Notes: generated from the sequence alone by a model not told the origin. A DNA stretch of 64,000 bases from Terriglobia bacterium (GCA_965206645.1 CBDBKE010000001.1:96001-160000); one strand, 5' to 3'. Numbered from the stretch's first letter, positions 20,263 through 30,247 are shown. Numbers and translations are program-made.

Positions 20263-20318
20263 GTTCCACCTAACTTGCGCTTAGGCCGACCTGGATAAAA
20301 CCGGCGCTGGTGCTGTCT

Positions 20319-20906
20319 TCAGTCGTCACTATGCAAAAGTCCTCCGGCTTCCAACGTGCGCCAGAACGCGTAGTCGGCATGATGCACGACCGTATTCTCC
20401 AGACTCCGCACCACCAGCTCGCCCTCGCCCGAATGCGCTCCGGCCATATGGGCCACCGCCTCCGGAAGGCCCAGGCTGAGACAGATGTGCACGCCGTAGG
20501 CCGGATGCCGGATGGAGGGGAATCCCGCCGCTCGGGGCGCTCCCTTCCAGCGCGCCTGATTCTTCGGATCGAACTCCCACGGTTTGCCCACATCATGGCA
20601 CAAGGCCCCGGCAATCAGAACGTCCCGGTTGATTTTCAAATCCGGAAACATCGCCATCATCTCATCGGCAATCACCATTGCCAGCCGTGTCACCCCGCGG
20701 ATGTGATCCGTCTGCGTCCCCGTCTTCAGCGGTGGCGTATCGGGATTCCCCGACGGCTTGATCTCTGCAATCGCTCCAAAGCTGCTGCCGCCTAAGGACG
20801 TCGCCCAAGCCTCCACCACTTTCTTCTGCAGTTCCGGATTAGAAATCTCCTCAACCTCCGGCAGTTCCTCCCGAACTTTAGCGCGCAAAGCATCGGTCGC
20901 TGACAT
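20319..20906 (-). CDS. HD-domain metal-dependent phosphohydrolase
   Basis: DHIRGV, LCHDVGK, RHPAYG, HHADY; SD GGAGGAGG before ATG 20906. Confidence 0.85.
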   Translation of the reverse strand: MSATDALRAKVREELPEVEEISNPELQKKVVEAWATSLGGSSFGAIAEIKPSGNPDTPPLKTGTQTDHIRGVTRLAMVIADEMMAMFPDLKINRDVLIAGALCHDVGKPWEFDPKNQARWKGAPRAAGFPSIRHPAYGVHICLSLGLPEAVAHMAGAHSGEGELVVRSLENTVVHHADYAFWRTLEAGGLLHSDD

Positions 20907-21087
20907 AATGCCTCCTCCGAAGAAGTAAATAGGGGAAGTAACCTCACCACTCATAGTGCCAGAGAGGTTTCAGGCTTTCTATCGAATTTGTTGTCTGCCG
21001 AGTACTCCATTATCGGGTGAAGCAGTCCCGTGCGCGGCTGGACCGGCTTGCCTGCCCAAGCTCTGCCCCGTTCTCTCGCGGGAGTCA

Positions 21088-21723
21088 CTACAGCTTGAGC
21101 GAAACAGAGACGCCGTCGCGCAACGGGATAATGACGGTGTGTAGCTCCGCAGTGGAGTAGGTCAGGCGGTTGAATTCCTGAATGCCTCGAGTGTCGCGGT
21201 CTGGGCGTCGCAGGCGCACTACGCGGCCGAACCAGAGCGTGTTGTCTGCCACCAGCAGGCCGCCCCGGCGCAGGCGCGACAAGGCCAGCGGGAAGACTTC
21301 TGGATACTGGTGCTTGTCCACATCGTTGAAGATCAAGTCGAACTCTCCGGGTGTGGCGCGGAGTAGTTCGAGGGAATCCCCCACGGCGATGCGCGCGATG
21401 TGGCTGACACCCGCGCGCTCCAGATACTGGCCGGCGCGCCGGGCGTTGCTCCGGCTGCCATCGCTGTAGTACACCTCAGCGCCCTCACCAGCGGCACGGG
21501 CCAGCCAGATGGTGGAATAGCCGATCGCCGAGCCCAATTCAAAGATGCGGTGCGCGCCCCCTAACTTGACCAGCAGGTAAAGCAAGCGTCCCACCGCCGG
21601 GCCGACGATGGGTATGCGATGCTCGCGGGCATAGGCTTCCATTTCTTCCAGGACCGCATCCCGCGCCGGTAACAGGTTGTAAAGATAGCTCTCCACGTCG
21701 GGATGAGTGATTTCGGTATTCAT
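21088..21723 (-). CDS. O-methyltransferase (COMT/CCoAOMT-like)
   Basis: ELGSAIGYS, FDLIFNDVDK..Y, GGLLVADN, PLRDG. Confidence 0.9.
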   Translation of the reverse strand: MNTEITHPDVESYLYNLLPARDAVLEEMEAYAREHRIPIVGPAVGRLLYLLVKLGGAHRIFELGSAIGYSTIWLARAAGEGAEVYYSDGSRSNARRAGQYLERAGVSHIARIAVGDSLELLRATPGEFDLIFNDVDKHQYPEVFPLALSRLRRGGLLVADNTLWFGRVVRLRRPDRDTRGIQEFNRLTYSTAELHTVIIPLRDGVSVSLKL

Positions 21724-21826
21724 GCCTCGGATTATGCCACTTGCTTGGGGCCTAACGGACATTTTGGAGGTTGGCCGGTGAGAGGCGGATCATCGAAACG
21801 TGTTTAGGAAGCCGGCTCCCCGCGGG

Positions 21827-22915
21827 CTAATGGAAGAAGAAGATCTGGGTGTGTACCTTTCGTCCCGAGTTCAAGATGTCCTTGGCATGAATCTGGTAAT
21901 CGGGCCGGGCCCGCTTGACCAGCGCAGGTATGATCGTCGGATCGCGACGGAAGTGATACACGGAGATGGCCATGCGGGGTTTGAACTGCTGGAGCGTCTC
22001 GCTGGCCCCCTCCATCGCGAAGCGTTCGGAACCTTCGATGTCCATTTTGATGAAATCCACTCGATCGAGCTTGAGGTTCGCGACAATGTGGTCCAGTGGC
22101 AGAACAGGAAGGCCCTCCATCTTGTTGCCGTTGGTCGGTTCTTCTACAAACGTCTTTCTCCCAGAATTCCCATCTAGGGGCTCATAGAGCGTGAGACGCG
22201 TTTTCTTGTTCCAGACCCCCGCCTTCACCACGATGACCCGACCCTCCGCAATCTCCGGGCCAAGATTGGACTCCAGGCAGGCCGCGTTTGTAGGATCGGG
22301 CTCAATGGCCACCACCCGATCAGCTCCTTGCTTCAAAGCTAACTTGGTAAAGAGGCCAACGTGGGCGCCGCAGTCCACCACCGTATCGCCGGGGCGGATG
22401 GCCACCTCTCCGCTCTCGTAGATCCTCTGACCAGTCATCTCCCAAACCAGCCAGGTGAGGAGTTCCTTCCCCGGGGCAGTCAACCAGAACTTGCCGAGTT
22501 CGGTCTGGTACAGCTCCCACTTACGCCCCTCCACAACTTTCTCTTCGACCTGATAGACACTCTTCTCAACTTCAGGAGCGGGCCTCGGCCAGCAGGGTCC
22601 GAAAGCCTTGCGCTGAACATCGTTCCACTCGACATAGAGAAGGCGGCCGCGCAGTTTTTCATAAACAACGCTGGCCCGCCACCACGCCGAGCAACCGCTT
22701 TGATCGATTCTGGACCATCCCAGCCCTGCCGCCACCAGCACCCCCGCCAGTGTCCAGGCTTTCCGCTCGCGACTGGACCAAATCAGACCTGTGGCGCCCA
22801 CAAGAAGCGCCAAAGTAACGGCGTCATGGACCCCCCAGATGACTCCGGCGGCAGCAATCAGAGCTGCTAGCACTAGGGCTACCTGTCTGCGCCGGGAGAC
22901 GGTTAGGTTTGGCAA
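21827..22915 (-). CDS. FkbM-family methyltransferase with N-terminal TM segments
   Basis: VVDCGAHVG, IEPDP, DFIKMDIEGSE, ISVYH; SD GGAGGT before TTG. Confidence 0.88.
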   Translation of the reverse strand: MPNLTVSRRRQVALVLAALIAAAGVIWGVHDAVTLALLVGATGLIWSSRERKAWTLAGVLVAAGLGWSRIDQSGCSAWWRASVVYEKLRGRLLYVEWNDVQRKAFGPCWPRPAPEVEKSVYQVEEKVVEGRKWELYQTELGKFWLTAPGKELLTWLVWEMTGQRIYESGEVAIRPGDTVVDCGAHVGLFTKLALKQGADRVVAIEPDPTNAACLESNLGPEIAEGRVIVVKAGVWNKKTRLTLYEPLDGNSGRKTFVEEPTNGNKMEGLPVLPLDHIVANLKLDRVDFIKMDIEGSERFAMEGASETLQQFKPRMAISVYHFRRDPTIIPALVKRARPDYQIHAKDILNSGRKVHTQIFFFH

Positions 22916-23115
22916 GGTGGTTACCTCCGCACGCCCTATTGTGATCTATTCCTACCGAGAAGATCGAATTCCAATCGGAATTTCCGATTTGCGCTTCCAC
23001 TTCGCCCAAGAACGTACACCAGGCTGCTCTGTCGACCCAGCCGGAACCGACTTTTGCGAGGTGGCCGTTTTGAGGCGGATCGTCGAAACGTGTTGGGAAG
23101 CCAGTCCCAAGCTGG

Positions 23116-24218
23116 CTAATCGAAGAAGAGGACTTTGGTTCGTACTCGTCCCATTGTCTCGATGTCCTTGGCATGAATCTGGTAATCGGGCTGGGCCCGC
23201 CTGACCAGCACAGGTATGATCGTCGGATCGTCCGACGAGTGATACACGCTGATGGCCATGCGGGGCTTGAATTGCCGGAGAGTCGCGGTGGCCCCTTGAA
23301 GCGCGAAGCGTTCGGAACCCTCGATATCCATTTTGATGAAATCCACCCGGTCGAGTTTGAGGTTCGCGACGATGTCATCCAGCGGCAGCACAGGAAGGCC
23401 TTCAATCTTGTTCGCGTTTGGCAGTTCCCCCACGAACGTGTTTTTTCCGGAATTTTCATCTAGGGACTCATAGAGCGTGAGACGCGTTTTTTGTTCCAGA
23501 GTCCTGCTTTCACCACCACGACACGGCCTTCTGCAATCTCCCGGCTCAGATTGGACTCCAGGCAGGCGACGTTTATAGGATCCGGCTCAATGGCCACCAC
23601 CCGATCGGCTCCTTGCCGCAGAGCGAACTTGGTAAAGAGGCCGACGTGAGCGCCACAATCCATCACCGTATCCCCCTGCCGGATCGCGGCCTGCCCGCTC
23701 TCATAGTCGCGCTGCACAGTCAACTCCCAGAGGAGAAACGCAAGGAGGTCTTTACCCGGTGCCGGCATCCAGAAGCGTCCCAGCTCGGTTTGATAAAGCT
23801 CCCATTTGCGTCCCTCCACAACTCTTTCTTCGACCTGATGGATACTCTTCTCGACTTCCGGATGGGGCTTGTTGAGCCCATAGCATGGTCCAAAGGCCTT
23901 ACGCTGAACATGGTCCCACTCGATATAGGGAAGGTGGCCGCGCAGTTGTTCATAGACGACGCTGGCCCGCCACCATGCCGAACACCCGATCTCATCTGTG
24001 TGGGACCATAGTAAGCCCCCGGCTACGATTGCGCCGGACACCAGCCAAGCTTTCCATTCACGGCTGGACCAAATCAGACCGGCGGCGCCCACAAGAAGCG
24101 CCAAGGTAACCCCGTCATGGACACGCCAGATGACTCCTGTGGCGGCAATCAGAGATGCCAGCACCAGTGCCGCTTTTCGTCGCTGAAGAACCTTCACCTC
24201 TGGAAGACCGGATTTCAT
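23116..24218 (-). pseudogene. FkbM-family methyltransferase paralog with 1-nt frameshift near 23490 (possibly sequence error)
   Basis: Collinear with 21827-22915; gcgttttttgttcc here versus gcgttttcttgttcc in the intact paralog. Confidence 0.8.
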
Positions 24219-24294
24219 GATTACTCTCTATTTTGAATTGAAAGTCTGTCCGGTATTGAGAACCTGATGCATTACGGCGGTTTAGGCATTCTCG

Positions 24295-24984
24295 CTAGTA
24301 GAGGTACGGGACGAGCCGCCAGGTGCGGCGTCGGTAGGCTTCGAACTCGGCGGCCAGCAGCTTCTCCTCTTGCAGGATGCGCACAGCCACGAAGAGGGTC
24401 AGCAGCGGCACCAGCAGGAACACCAGCCAACTGCGGAATACCAGCGGCCAGCCTACCGCAACCAGAAGCGCCCGCAAGTAAATCGGGTGGCGGATCAGGG
24501 CGTAGATGCCGGTCTGCACGAGCTGGTGGTCGTCCTGGATGGTGACGTAGCCGCTGTACTGCTTTTCCAGCGTTTGCACCGCCACCAGGGCCACCGCGTT
24601 GCCTCCGGTGTAGAGCACTAGCCCGAAGTAGCACAGGGCGGAGCTATCGCCGAACGTCAGCAAACTTCGGCGGTCAGCATAGGCGACGAACCAGATCAGA
24701 AACATCGCCACCACGATTAGCCCGCCCAGCAGCCACCGCTGCCCTCCCACCGGACGCTGGCCTTTGCGATACAGTTCGACGTCCGGCGCCAACACCAGAA
24801 CCAGGATGGCGCCGAGCACGGCGAGCGCAAAGAATGCGGCGCGCGCCGGATGCGCAAAGTAGGCGCCTGGAGCGTCGAGTCCCCAGCCCACCAACACCAG
24901 GCCCAGTGCCAGACCCGGCGACAGGACCATCTGCGCCAGTAGCGCTTTGCTTATGGCTCCAGTTCGGGCCGGTGAATCGCTCAT
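24295..24984 (-). CDS. Isoprenylcysteine carboxyl methyltransferase (ICMT/PEMT) family membrane protein
   Basis: HQLVQTGIYALIRHPIY and RI..EE..L...F..Y motifs. Confidence 0.85.
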   Translation of the reverse strand: MSDSPARTGAISKALLAQMVLSPGLALGLVLVGWGLDAPGAYFAHPARAAFFALAVLGAILVLVLAPDVELYRKGQRPVGGQRWLLGGLIVVAMFLIWFVAYADRRSLLTFGDSSALCYFGLVLYTGGNAVALVAVQTLEKQYSGYVTIQDDHQLVQTGIYALIRHPIYLRALLVAVGWPLVFRSWLVFLLVPLLTLFVAVRILQEEKLLAAEFEAYRRRTWRLVPYLY

Positions 24985-25028
24985 ACAAGATCTGCGTGGG
25001 GCGTGCAAGACGCTGGCGGTGCAGCGCC

Positions 25029-25841
25029 TCAGTCCACGGTCTGTTTGAATTCCATGACCTTCAGGTAGGCGGCCTCGTACGCCTCGGTCAGCATGGCGAA
25101 CAGGCCGGCATCGAACTTGTGCAGTCCGCGGGCGGTAATGCCGCCGGGAGTGGTGACCTCGTCAATGAAGTCGGCCAGGTGCCGGTCCGGTTCCAGCTCG
25201 CACAGCGACAGGGTGCCCTCGGCCACCCCGAAGGTGGCCACCTTGGCCAGATCGGCCGGCAGGCCCAGGTGCACCAGCGAGCGCACCATGCCCCACAGGA
25301 TGTAGGCCATAAAGGCCGGAGCGCTTCCGACGCCCACAATCGTGATGTCCAGGTGACGCTCCTGCTGGGTGAAGACTTCGCGTCCCCAGTGGGAGAAAAT
25401 GCCCCGCGCCAGTTGCAGATCGGCCTCGTTGCAGGATTGCGCCGACCAGAAGGTGACCGCGCGCCCGACCTCGATGGCGATGTTGGTGCTGCAGCGAACC
25501 ACTTTCTTGTGTCGGAGCAGGCGCGCGATGCTAGGCGAGTCAATCCCGGTCATGATGGAGATGACCAGCTGGCGCGCGGTCAGCGAGTCGTGGATTTCCC
25601 GCGCCACCTCCGCGAACATCTGCGGCTTGACGGCCAGAATCACGATGTCGGCGCCGCGCACCGCCCGCGCGTTCCCCTGGTGAATGCGGACGCCCGGGAA
25701 ACGGTCTGCCAGTTGTTTCGGCGTGCGTGTCTTGCTGACCGAGAGGTTGCGCGGCTCGCAGAAACCTTCGTGGATCAGCCGCTGTATGATGATGCGGCCC
25801 ATGTTGCCCGGCCCTAGAATGCAGATCTTTGGTGGTTTCAC
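25029..25841 (-). CDS. proC: Pyrroline-5-carboxylate reductase
   Basis: ILGPGNMG, LAVKPQ, GSAPAF, VTTPGGIT; SD GGAGG before GTG. Confidence 0.85.
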   Translation of the reverse strand: MKPPKICILGPGNMGRIIIQRLIHEGFCEPRNLSVSKTRTPKQLADRFPGVRIHQGNARAVRGADIVILAVKPQMFAEVAREIHDSLTARQLVISIMTGIDSPSIARLLRHKKVVRCSTNIAIEVGRAVTFWSAQSCNEADLQLARGIFSHWGREVFTQQERHLDITIVGVGSAPAFMAYILWGMVRSLVHLGLPADLAKVATFGVAEGTLSLCELEPDRHLADFIDEVTTPGGITARGLHKFDAGLFAMLTEAYEAAYLKVMEFKQTVD

Positions 25842-26052
25842 TGCTTCCTCCCAGCGTGCGATTCGGCCATTATAGCCTCTTGCGAAAAACCTTTTCGGAG
25901 GGAATTCCTCTATGCCCGCGTGAGGAAGAGAACCTGGGTTGCGCGGTGGAGGCTGAGCGGCGCAGGTTGAGCGGCGGGGTTGAGCGCCGGACCAGGCCTA
26001 TCTCACGGGCGACGTGGAGCAGACGCGTCCCGCGACCCATACGCGAAGCAAC

Positions 26053-26634
26053 TTAGCGGCGGTAGAGGTAGAGGGTGTGCTGATGGAATTGGCTCTCGCC
26101 CTGGCTCATGTTTTCGATCTTCTCCGCGCGCCAGCCGGGAACTTTGAAATCGTGCGAGACGACGCGCGCGCCCTTCTGCAGGTGCTTCTCCAGTCTTGGT
26201 TTCAGCTTCTCGTTGGAGCTGGTCAACAGGTAGAGGGTCACTACCGTGGCCTGGCTCACATCCACCTTCATCAGATCGCCGTGGATCACCTTTACCCTGT
26301 CTTCCAGCTTTAACTGCTTGACCCGTTCTAAGGCTTCCTTGTGCAGCTTCTCGTCCATCTCCACGCCGACCGCCTGCGCGCCGAATTTCTGCGCGGCTAT
26401 GATGAGGATCCGCCCGTCCCCGGACCCCAGGTCGTAGACAATATCGTTGGGCTTGACCTCGGCCAGTTTCAGCATCCTCTCCACTACCGTTTCCGGGGAA
26501 GGCACGTAGGGCGCTAGTTTCTTGGGGGCCCTCGGGTCCGCCGCTTTGATCTGACCCAGCGCCGGGGTAGCCGCCAGCACGAGTCCAAGGATCAGGCTCG
26601 CCAGCAACGCCAGGGTCCGCTTTTCCTGCAGCAT
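26053..26634 (-). CDS. Class I SAM-dependent methyltransferase with signal peptide
   Basis: APYVPSP, YDLGSGDGR, VVTLYL, RVVSHDF; hydrophobic N-terminus ending ALG|Q. Confidence 0.85.
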   Translation of the reverse strand: MLQEKRTLALLASLILGLVLAATPALGQIKAADPRAPKKLAPYVPSPETVVERMLKLAEVKPNDIVYDLGSGDGRILIIAAQKFGAQAVGVEMDEKLHKEALERVKQLKLEDRVKVIHGDLMKVDVSQATVVTLYLLTSSNEKLKPRLEKHLQKGARVVSHDFKVPGWRAEKIENMSQGESQFHQHTLYLYRR

Positions 26635-26814
26635 GCAGAAGTCTCCTCGGAATACACGACTGCCCTGCACCTGTGAGAGGGTTGACCGCCGCATACTAAA
26701 TTTTACCGTCGAACCGGCCGCAGGCACAAGGGCGAATGCCCCGCTTCCCTACCGCGGACGTTCGGCTCGTCAAAAGATAGCGGTTCACCCTGTTCTATGT
26801 TCTAATAGCGCGCC

Positions 26815-27198
26815 ATGAAACGAATCATTTCTTCGCCGGATGCGCCTCCAGCTGTAGGTCCGTATTCCCAGGTTGTAGAGGCGAATGGCTTCGTGTTTGT
26901 CAGTGGCCAGATGCCACTGGATTCTTCGGGCAAGCTGGTAGAAGGCGATATCGCTGTCCAGACCGAGCAGGTGATGAAGAACCTGTCCGCGATCGTGAAG
27001 GCGGCCGGCTCCAGCATGGAGCGGGCAGTCAAGGTCAATGTCTACCTGAAAGACCTCAAGGAGTTCGCCGAGATGAACAAGGTCTACGCGCGCTACTTCC
27101 CCAGCCAGCCGCCGGCGCGGGCTACGGTGGAGATCGCCCGGCTGGCGTTCGACGTGAAAGTTGAGATAGACCTGATTGCGCTGGCCGGGCAATCTTAG
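26815..27198 (+). CDS. RidA/YjgF family enamine deaminase
   Basis: GPYSQ, VSGQ, MNKVY..YF...PAR, VEID. Confidence 0.92.
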   Translation: MKRIISSPDAPPAVGPYSQVVEANGFVFVSGQMPLDSSGKLVEGDIAVQTEQVMKNLSAIVKAAGSSMERAVKVNVYLKDLKEFAEMNKVYARYFPSQPPARATVEIARLAFDVKVEIDLIALAGQS

Positions 27199-27659
27199 TG
27201 GATGCCCTCGGGGTCGTGCGGCACCTCGCGGACTTCGGTGGGCTCCTGACAGCAGTCGCAGCGGCCCGGCTTATACGAGGTGATGTTGCAGATGTGGCAG
27301 TAGTAAGTCACCTTGTGGAGTCGCCCGTCGCGTACGCTGAAGAGCCGCTCCACCTGGACGGTGTCCTTGCCCTTGCGGCGACCCTCCACACGCAGTTCCC
27401 AACCACGGATGCGTTCCTCACCCAGCAGCGCGCTGGTATACTCGTCGGAGGGAACCAGCCTGTAGGTCTTGACCTCTCCCCCTCCCCGGACTGGCACCTT
27501 TAGGATTGGCGCACGCCCCTGGTGCGTCAGCCGGCCGGTGAGGACGGCGGTGGGTTTCTCCAATGCCTTTCCGGCAGGCGCCTTTTTCTCGGGAGTGGCA
27601 GCCCAGGCGCCCGCGACCAACGCCAGCAGGAGTCCGGAGCAGAGCGTCCGCCGCACCAT
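27195..27659 (-). CDS. Exported hypothetical protein with C-terminal Cys-rich metal-binding motif
   Basis: Signal peptide; YYCHIC...PGRCDCCQ. Confidence 0.7.
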   Translation of the reverse strand: MVRRTLCSGLLLALVAGAWAATPEKKAPAGKALEKPTAVLTGRLTHQGRAPILKVPVRGGGEVKTYRLVPSDEYTSALLGEERIRGWELRVEGRRKGKDTVQVERLFSVRDGRLHKVTYYCHICNITSYKPGRCDCCQEPTEVREVPHDPEGIH

Positions 27660-27695
27660 ACTTACTAGTATAAGCGGAAATTCGGCTAAGAGCTG

Positions 27696-28289
27696 TCAGG
27701 CCTGCAGGGAGGTGGTTTGTTGCACGCGGCGCTCTAGTTCGGTGAGGACCGTGTCAAAGCGCACCAGCATGGGATGCTGCCACCCGTCAGCCAGAGCGGC
27801 GCGCAGGCGGCGATAGCGGTCCAGTTGCTGATCGGGCGGGGCCTTCATTTCTCTCCAAATCTGGGCGCCGCGCTCCAGCGCCAGCAGGATGGATTGCATG
27901 TTGTGAATCTTGTCGGCGCAGGAGATGGCCTTGGCCTCGGCCGGGGCGGAGCGCAGATGCTCGGTGTATTCGCTCTTGCGCACTGCCCAGGGCCGTTCCT
28001 CGCCGGCTGCGTCAAGCTTGCGTTCGGTGACCGCACGCACCAGGCCGGCCACGCGCTCCCCGTAACCCTCCACATCTTGCCGGTAGGCGGGCTGGTCTTC
28101 CAGCACGTCGTGCAGTAATCCGGCTACGAAGACGTCTTCATCAAAGCCGAACTCTGCCAGCAGGCAGGCCACACCGAAGAGGTGAGCCACGTAGGGGATT
28201 GGGCGGTCGCGGTCCTTTCGGGCCTGGTCACGATGGGCGCTGGCGGCCAGGTCGATCGCAGTATGAATGCGTCGTGTAAACGGTAGCAC
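27696..28289 (-). CDS. Small alarmone hydrolase-like HD protein (Mesh1/RelA-SpoT hydrolase domain)
   Basis: AH..Q.RK, PYVAHL, GLLHDVLED, V..VTE, ADKIHN. Confidence 0.8.
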   Translation of the reverse strand: MLPFTRRIHTAIDLAASAHRDQARKDRDRPIPYVAHLFGVACLLAEFGFDEDVFVAGLLHDVLEDQPAYRQDVEGYGERVAGLVRAVTERKLDAAGEERPWAVRKSEYTEHLRSAPAEAKAISCADKIHNMQSILLALERGAQIWREMKAPPDQQLDRYRRLRAALADGWQHPMLVRFDTVLTELERRVQQTTSLQA

Positions 28290-28987
28290 TATTGGGGAGA
28301 CTCCTGGTACTTGCCCTGCGCCTTCTCGCGTTCATACTGCTGCATCCGCTCACGCAGCCGCCGGATGTAAGTTTCATCGCGCGCGGGACGACGCGGTGCC
28401 TGTGTCTTGCCCTGAGCCGGCCGCCCCACCGCTCTGACTTCGGCCGGCGTGGAACTCGTCGTCGTCGAGCCTGCTTGTGCTCGGGCTGGTTCGCCGCCAC
28501 CGGGCTTGGCCTCATCTGTAGCAGGCGGCAACAGCGCCGGGGCGGAATCGGCCGACAGGTCCCCCGGTGCAATGGCTGTTGCAGCGGGCTGTGGAGGAAG
28601 CGGCGCGGCTCCCTCTGAGGCTTCAGCCTCCGAAGCTTCAAGTTGTGGCGCCGCCGTTTCTGCCAAGGGCTGCGTCAATCCGTCAACTGGGCCATCAACT
28701 GGGCCATCAACTGGGCCGTCAACTGGGGGACCAACCCGGATCCCGTCTTTCTCGTGCAGGAGTCGGGGTCCCAGAAGAGCAGCCAGCAAGACCAGGGCAA
28801 AGATCCCGACAGCCACCCAGAACACGCGGCGTCCCTCGGCGTCTTCGCTGCCGCGCCTTGCCCTGATGTGCCGAGCCGGACCGGGCGGCGGTTCTGACGC
28901 CGTCTCCGTCAACTTCATTCGCTTTCCGAATAATGTGATCGGCGGAAGTTGCTCGCGGTCCGCCGCAGAGTTGCCTTTCTTGTCCAT
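28289..28987 (-). CDS. Hypothetical single-TM protein with low-complexity Pro/Ala region
   Basis: One hydrophobic segment, PVDG x4; stop overlaps the GTG start of the HD gene. Confidence 0.6.
   Translation of the reverse strand: MDKKGNSAADREQLPPITLFGKRMKLTETASEPPPGPARHIRARRGSEDAEGRRVFWVAVGIFALVLLAALLGPRLLHEKDGIRVGPPVDGPVDGPVDGPVDGLTQPLAETAAPQLEASEAEASEGAAPLPPQPAATAIAPGDLSADSAPALLPPATDEAKPGGGEPARAQAGSTTTSSTPAEVRAVGRPAQGKTQAPRRPARDETYIRRLRERMQQYEREKAQGKYQESPQ
28678..28727. repeat. 12-bp tandem repeat x4 (PVDG)
   Basis: cc(g/a)tcaactggg units. Confidence 0.85.
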
Positions 28988-29043
28988 ACCTGCCGTCCAG
29001 AAAATTCGTGCGCCCCCAGCCACACGCGGATACAATCACTGTG

Positions 29044-30186
29044 ATGTCCCTCAAAATACTCCTGGCCCTGGTCCTTGTCCAGCAGCTCCTGCTGGCACCT
29101 CACGTCAGTCTCGTGCGTGCCCAGGCAGGCGGCCAGGGCGTGCCCACCCACTCGAGGGAGGACCCGGCGTCGAACGTGTTGCAGATCGCACTGGAACGCA
29201 TGGCCGCGAGCGACTCGGAGGGGGCCATCCAGCTGCTGCGCCCTGCAGCCAGAAAATCCGCGGTCCCGCTGGAGGCTCAACGCGCTAAATGCCTGCTAGG
29301 CGCCGCCTATGCGATGAATGGCGAACTAAGGTCGAGTGAGCAGACAGCCGACGTTTTGAACAACCCCTCGGCTGCGGCGGAGGAGGCCGCCTGGAAGCAG
29401 GTACTGCCGGAATGCCAGGGGCAGCTTCAGAGCATCGCTCCCCGCCTGAAGCCCGACCGGCGCTCGGTGGTGTTCTATTATCTGGGAATGATCGGCACCG
29501 ACGAAGCCGAACACATCGGCTATCTGCGCCAATCCGTCAAGCTGGTCCCGCGGTTTTCTGAGGCTGGGTACCAGCTTGGCCTCCACCTGCTGGGCAACGC
29601 CGAACTGGCCGAAGCGGCTGAGGTCCTTCGCCGGGTCGCCCAACAGCGCCCGGGATGGGCTCAGCCCCGTAGCCATTTGGGGATGTTGCTCACGCTGACC
29701 GGCCGGCCCGAGGAGGCAGTCCAGGAGTTGCGGCAGGCCCTGAAAATCGAGCCTAAGTTGGCCGAGGCTCACGGACAGCTTTGCCTGGCACTCTATGCCA
29801 CCGGGGACTACAACAGCGCGCTGACCCACGGTGGCCGCGCCGCTGACCGGCAGCCCAAGAACCCGTTCCACCATAACTGCGCCGCTCTGGTGCTGCTGGA
29901 GAAGAATCAGTCCCTGGAAGCGCTCGGCTATGCCCGCCGCAGTACCGAACTGGTGCCAGGACATGAAACCTTCCAGGTGGTGCTGGCCGCTGCTCTCGAG
30001 GCCACCGGACGCCAACAGGAAGCGCTGACCGCCATGTACCGCGCCTTGGCTGCCCAACCAGCATTGCGCACCGATCCCGCGCGGCTGGAGAAAGCCAACA
30101 TGCTGCGCGGCCGTGCCCTGCAGTTGGCCCGCCAGGTTCTCCAGAGAGCCACCAGCTCAGACCAATCCGCCAGGGGGAATCCCTGA
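29044..30186 (+). CDS. Exported tetratricopeptide repeat protein
   Basis: Signal peptide; multiple TPR consensus repeats. Confidence 0.8.
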   Translation: MSLKILLALVLVQQLLLAPHVSLVRAQAGGQGVPTHSREDPASNVLQIALERMAASDSEGAIQLLRPAARKSAVPLEAQRAKCLLGAAYAMNGELRSSEQTADVLNNPSAAAEEAAWKQVLPECQGQLQSIAPRLKPDRRSVVFYYLGMIGTDEAEHIGYLRQSVKLVPRFSEAGYQLGLHLLGNAELAEAAEVLRRVAQQRPGWAQPRSHLGMLLTLTGRPEEAVQELRQALKIEPKLAEAHGQLCLALYATGDYNSALTHGGRAADRQPKNPFHHNCAALVLLEKNQSLEALGYARRSTELVPGHETFQVVLAAALEATGRQQEALTAMYRALAAQPALRTDPARLEKANMLRGRALQLARQVLQRATSSDQSARGNP

Positions 30187-30247
30187 CCAGCAGAGGTACA
30201 GCCGAGCCCGGCTCCGGCGCGTGCAAGTCTGTTGAATAGGAGTGTAT

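Noticed and set aside
21750-21826. GTTAGGC on the minus strand downstream of FkbM as another attC
   Set aside because: No matching RYYYAAC at the gene end and no attC-like palindrome
26783-26802. GTTC repeats (and GAAC repeats before recN) as LexA boxes
   Set aside because: Spacings do not match GTTC-N7-GTTC
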